Assembly (NCBI GenBank): GCA_003158295.1
Contig: PMIP01000053.1
Span: 45,610 to 109,609 of the forward strand
Direction: 5' to 3'
Source: Chloroflexota bacterium
Lineage (GTDB): Bacteria; Chloroflexota; Limnocylindria; Limnocylindrales; CSP1-4
Length of the DNA: 64,000 nucleotides
Shown: positions 61,928 to 64,000 of the stretch, one piece after another
Position numbering within the stretch: position 1 is the first letter of the stretch
Layout: every line of letters begins with the position of its first letter
Position numbers and translations under genes: made by a program
The notes under the pieces: generated by a model
What the model was told of the DNA's origin: nothing
The model's database searches: none
Seen by the model: the letters and a program-made list of their open reading frames with translations, nothing else

Positions 61928-63190
61928 CTACATCTTCATCAGATGGAGGACCTTCCGCAGAGCGACATCCAGCGGATCTTCGTTGGTCTGGAGCTCGATG
62001 GCCTGATACGCCAGCCCCAGCGGAGTCACGTCCTGCTGGTCCACGAGCAACTGCGTTCCGTCCTTGATCCGCTCGACCTGCTCCGGCGCCATCACCGCTA
62101 CCTCCGGCGGGCGGCTGAACGGCAGCCGCTTCCAGAACAGCTCGCTGGACAGCGCCTTCCCGATCTCCGGGAGATGCGATCCGCCGCCACAGAGATAAAC
62201 CCGCCCCGGCAGGAGGTCCTCCGCGGCCAGCTCTTCCAGAACCAGTTCCACCCCCGCGGACCAGATATCCACGTCCTCCGAGATGATCTTCGCAACTTCC
62301 GCGCGGTGCTCCACCTTCAGGCCACGGGCATAGTCCACCTTGATCTCTTCAGCCCGCGGGAACGGCAGGTCCAGGCGGTCCGCGAGGGATTTCGTGAAGG
62401 CGCGGCCGCCCAGGGCGAACATGCGAGTCCCCTCGATACCGCCGTGGCGGACCAGCGCCACGTCTGTCGTGCCGCCGCCGATGTCGATGAAGAGAGCGCC
62501 CGACTGCTGAACCTGCTCACTCCCCAGTACCCGCGCCACGGCGTACGGCTCGGCAACGATCTCCAGCAGGTCCAGCTCGAGCTGCTGGGCCACGGTCTGC
62601 AGAGCGCCCAGGTGGACCAGGGGGGCGAAGGCGTTGAAGATGCTGATCTTGACGTGTCGCCCTTTGAAGCTGACCGGGTTCGTCACCGGATAGCCGTCGA
62701 TCTGGGCGCCCGTGACCGCCGCATGGACCAGCCGGACGTCCACCTGCGGCAGGCCGGTCTCCCAGGTGATCGCCCGTTCCGCCTCCCTCAGAGCCTCGCG
62801 CTGCACGCCCTTGATCAGCTTCTGGAGCTCGGCGTCCGAGATCGGCACGTTAGGGTGCTTGCGTTCCTGCGTGTGAGCCGTGGTGAAGCCCTTGACCAGC
62901 TCGCCGGCGATCCCGATCACGCATTGGGTAGGCCGGAAGCCGGCCATCTCCTCCGCCTCCTGGAGCGCCACCGAACAGTTGTCGACTACGGCGTTGATGT
63001 CGGTGACGGTGCCGGACTGCATGTGCGAGAGGCCCTGGCGTTTGCGCCCGACGCCGCGAACCGTGCCCAAGCCGCCCTCGTCCATCTCGAAGACAAGGGC
63101 CTTGGCGAACTCGGTCCCGATGTCCAGGGCGGTGCAGGAGGCGAGGGTCGATTCCGTCTCATGGCCCCAGATCCTGCGCCAGAATGCCAC
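61928..63190 (-). CDS. FtsA-like actin/ASKHA-fold ATPase (not in a dcw context)
   Basis: Phosphate-1 ALDIGTEFAKALVF, phosphate-2 LFIDIGGGTTDVALV and adenosine motif VYLCGGGSHLPEI. The C-terminus LDVALRKVLHLMKM could be an amphipathic helix. Confidence 0.75.
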   Translation of the reverse strand: MAFWRRIWGHETESTLASCTALDIGTEFAKALVFEMDEGGLGTVRGVGRKRQGLSHMQSGTVTDINAVVDNCSVALQEAEEMAGFRPTQCVIGIAGELVKGFTTAHTQERKHPNVPISDAELQKLIKGVQREALREAERAITWETGLPQVDVRLVHAAVTGAQIDGYPVTNPVSFKGRHVKISIFNAFAPLVHLGALQTVAQQLELDLLEIVAEPYAVARVLGSEQVQQSGALFIDIGGGTTDVALVRHGGIEGTRMFALGGRAFTKSLADRLDLPFPRAEEIKVDYARGLKVEHRAEVAKIISEDVDIWSAGVELVLEELAAEDLLPGRVYLCGGGSHLPEIGKALSSELFWKRLPFSRPPEVAVMAPEQVERIKDGTQLLVDQQDVTPLGLAYQAIELQTNEDPLDVALRKVLHLMKM

Positions 63191-63211
63191 GGCCGCTCCC
63201 CTAGCTCTCCG

Positions 63212-64000
63212 CTATGCGCCTGCCGTCCTAAGTGTATCCGCGATCGCAGCCATGGCCGCGCCGATCCCGTCTCGGCGCTTTCCCATTCCCTGGGCCATCT
63301 CGGGACGACCGCCGCCGCGACCGTCCATGGGCCGCATGGCCACCTTCACCAGCTCGCCCGCGGAGACTCCGCGAGCCACCAGCTCCGGACTCACGGTGAC
63401 GAAGATCTGGGGAACGTCGGCATCCATTGCCACCGCGATCACGCCGTTGCCCAGGGCCGACCGGATCTCCTTGACGTAGCCCTTCCACTGCTCGGGTGAT
63501 TCGAACGCGCCCGAATATGCGACGAACTTGATACCGGGACTGACCTCCTGGGCGCCGGCGGCCACGTCCGCCGCCTTGGGCAGCCCACTTCCGCCGGCAC
63601 GGAGGCGGTGGCGCGCTTCGCGAAGCTCTTCCTGGAGAGACGCCACGCGATCGGGGATCGAGTCCGGCGAAGTGGCGCCGGTCGCGTCCGCGATGCGATC
63701 GAGAAGGGCCAGACGCGCCCGGACGAGCGTGTCGGCGCCGTCGCCGGTAACGGCCTCGATGCGGCGGATGCCGGCGCCGATGCTGCGATCCGCCGTTATG
63801 ACGAAACTGCCGATCTGTCCGGATGCCGAGCAGTGGGTTCCTCCGCAGAGTTCGAGCGAGTAGCCCTCGACCCGGACGGTCCGCACCTTCTCGCCGTACT
63901 TCTCGTCGAAGAAGGCGTCGGCGCCGGCGGCGATGGCCTCCACCATCGGCTGGACCTTGGTAGTCACAGGCCGGTTCTCGCGCACCACCCGCCTGACCTC
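63212..64000 (-). CDS. alaS: alanine--tRNA ligase, C-terminal part (N-terminus beyond the window edge)
   Basis: Editing-domain end EKYGEKVRTVRVEGYSLELCGGTHCSASGQIGSFVI and a C-Ala/DHHA1-like region GGGGRPEMAQGMG. The frame stays open to position 64000. Confidence 0.9.
   Translation of the reverse strand, partial: EVRRVVRENRPVTTKVQPMVEAIAAGADAFFDEKYGEKVRTVRVEGYSLELCGGTHCSASGQIGSFVITADRSIGAGIRRIEAVTGDGADTLVRARLALLDRIADATGATSPDSIPDRVASLQEELREARHRLRAGGSGLPKAADVAAGAQEVSPGIKFVAYSGAFESPEQWKGYVKEIRSALGNGVIAVAMDADVPQIFVTVSPELVARGVSAGELVKVAMRPMDGRGGGRPEMAQGMGKRRDGIGAAMAAIADTLRTAGA

Noticed and set aside
60932-63499. 855-aa plus-strand ORF across the membrane-protein, FtsA-like and alaS region
   Set aside because: Same reasoning. 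It crosses three minus-strand genes and two intergenic gaps, has a low-complexity Arg/Gly/His-rich translation, and the opposite strand carries ASKHA and AlaRS motifs.

Overview
High-GC (about 70% in hand-counted samples) bacterial chromosomal segment. Of about 59 CDS, 57 are on the minus strand, as are all 3 tRNAs, and many adjacent genes have overlapping stop/start codons (ATGA, GTGA, TGATG). Most of the window is housekeeping. It holds pheST, rplT-rpmI-infC and thrS with a T-box leader. It also holds an nrdR-dcd operon, moaC, and a long array: der-ispH-plsC-cmk-rluB-scpB-scpA, xerD-recN-nadK-tlyA, dxs, xseAB, efp, pepP-like, mltG-ruvX and the alaS 3' end. The tlyA-nadK-recN...xerD...scpAB-rluB-cmk-der order resembles actinobacterial synteny, whereas a terminator-type T-box on thrS is more typical of Firmicutes or Chloroflexi. 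The source is therefore probably a deep-branching Gram-positive-type lineage (inference). Accessory content is concentrated at 8.0-19.3 kb. (i) Next to an intact tRNA-Val(GAC) there are two extra copies of only the tRNA 5' half plus its promoter-proximal flank. Each sits at the head of a single lipoprotein gene and shares a conserved ~80-nt junction, which looks like serially inserted mini-cassettes at the anticodon stem; no recombinase is nearby. (ii) A lower-GC trio of secreted proteins follows: a His/Cys peptidase-like protein, a PepSY-like protein and a TolB-like propeller lipoprotein. (iii) A five-gene minus-strand array follows: orphan family-5 SBP, membrane-anchored HExxH peptidase, DUF951, MFS and a GT2 synthase-like protein. 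The window also contains a multi-GAF GGDEF protein and a Ni/Co ECF-type transporter (CbiM-PDGLE fusion, CbiQ, CbiO with a His-rich tail). A divergent Fur-family regulator gene with a palindromic candidate operator lies next to that transporter. An FtsA-like actin-fold ATPase and a single-pass membrane protein are wedged into the usually contiguous alaS-ruvX-mltG block. All functional calls rest on motif recognition by eye; no database search was run.
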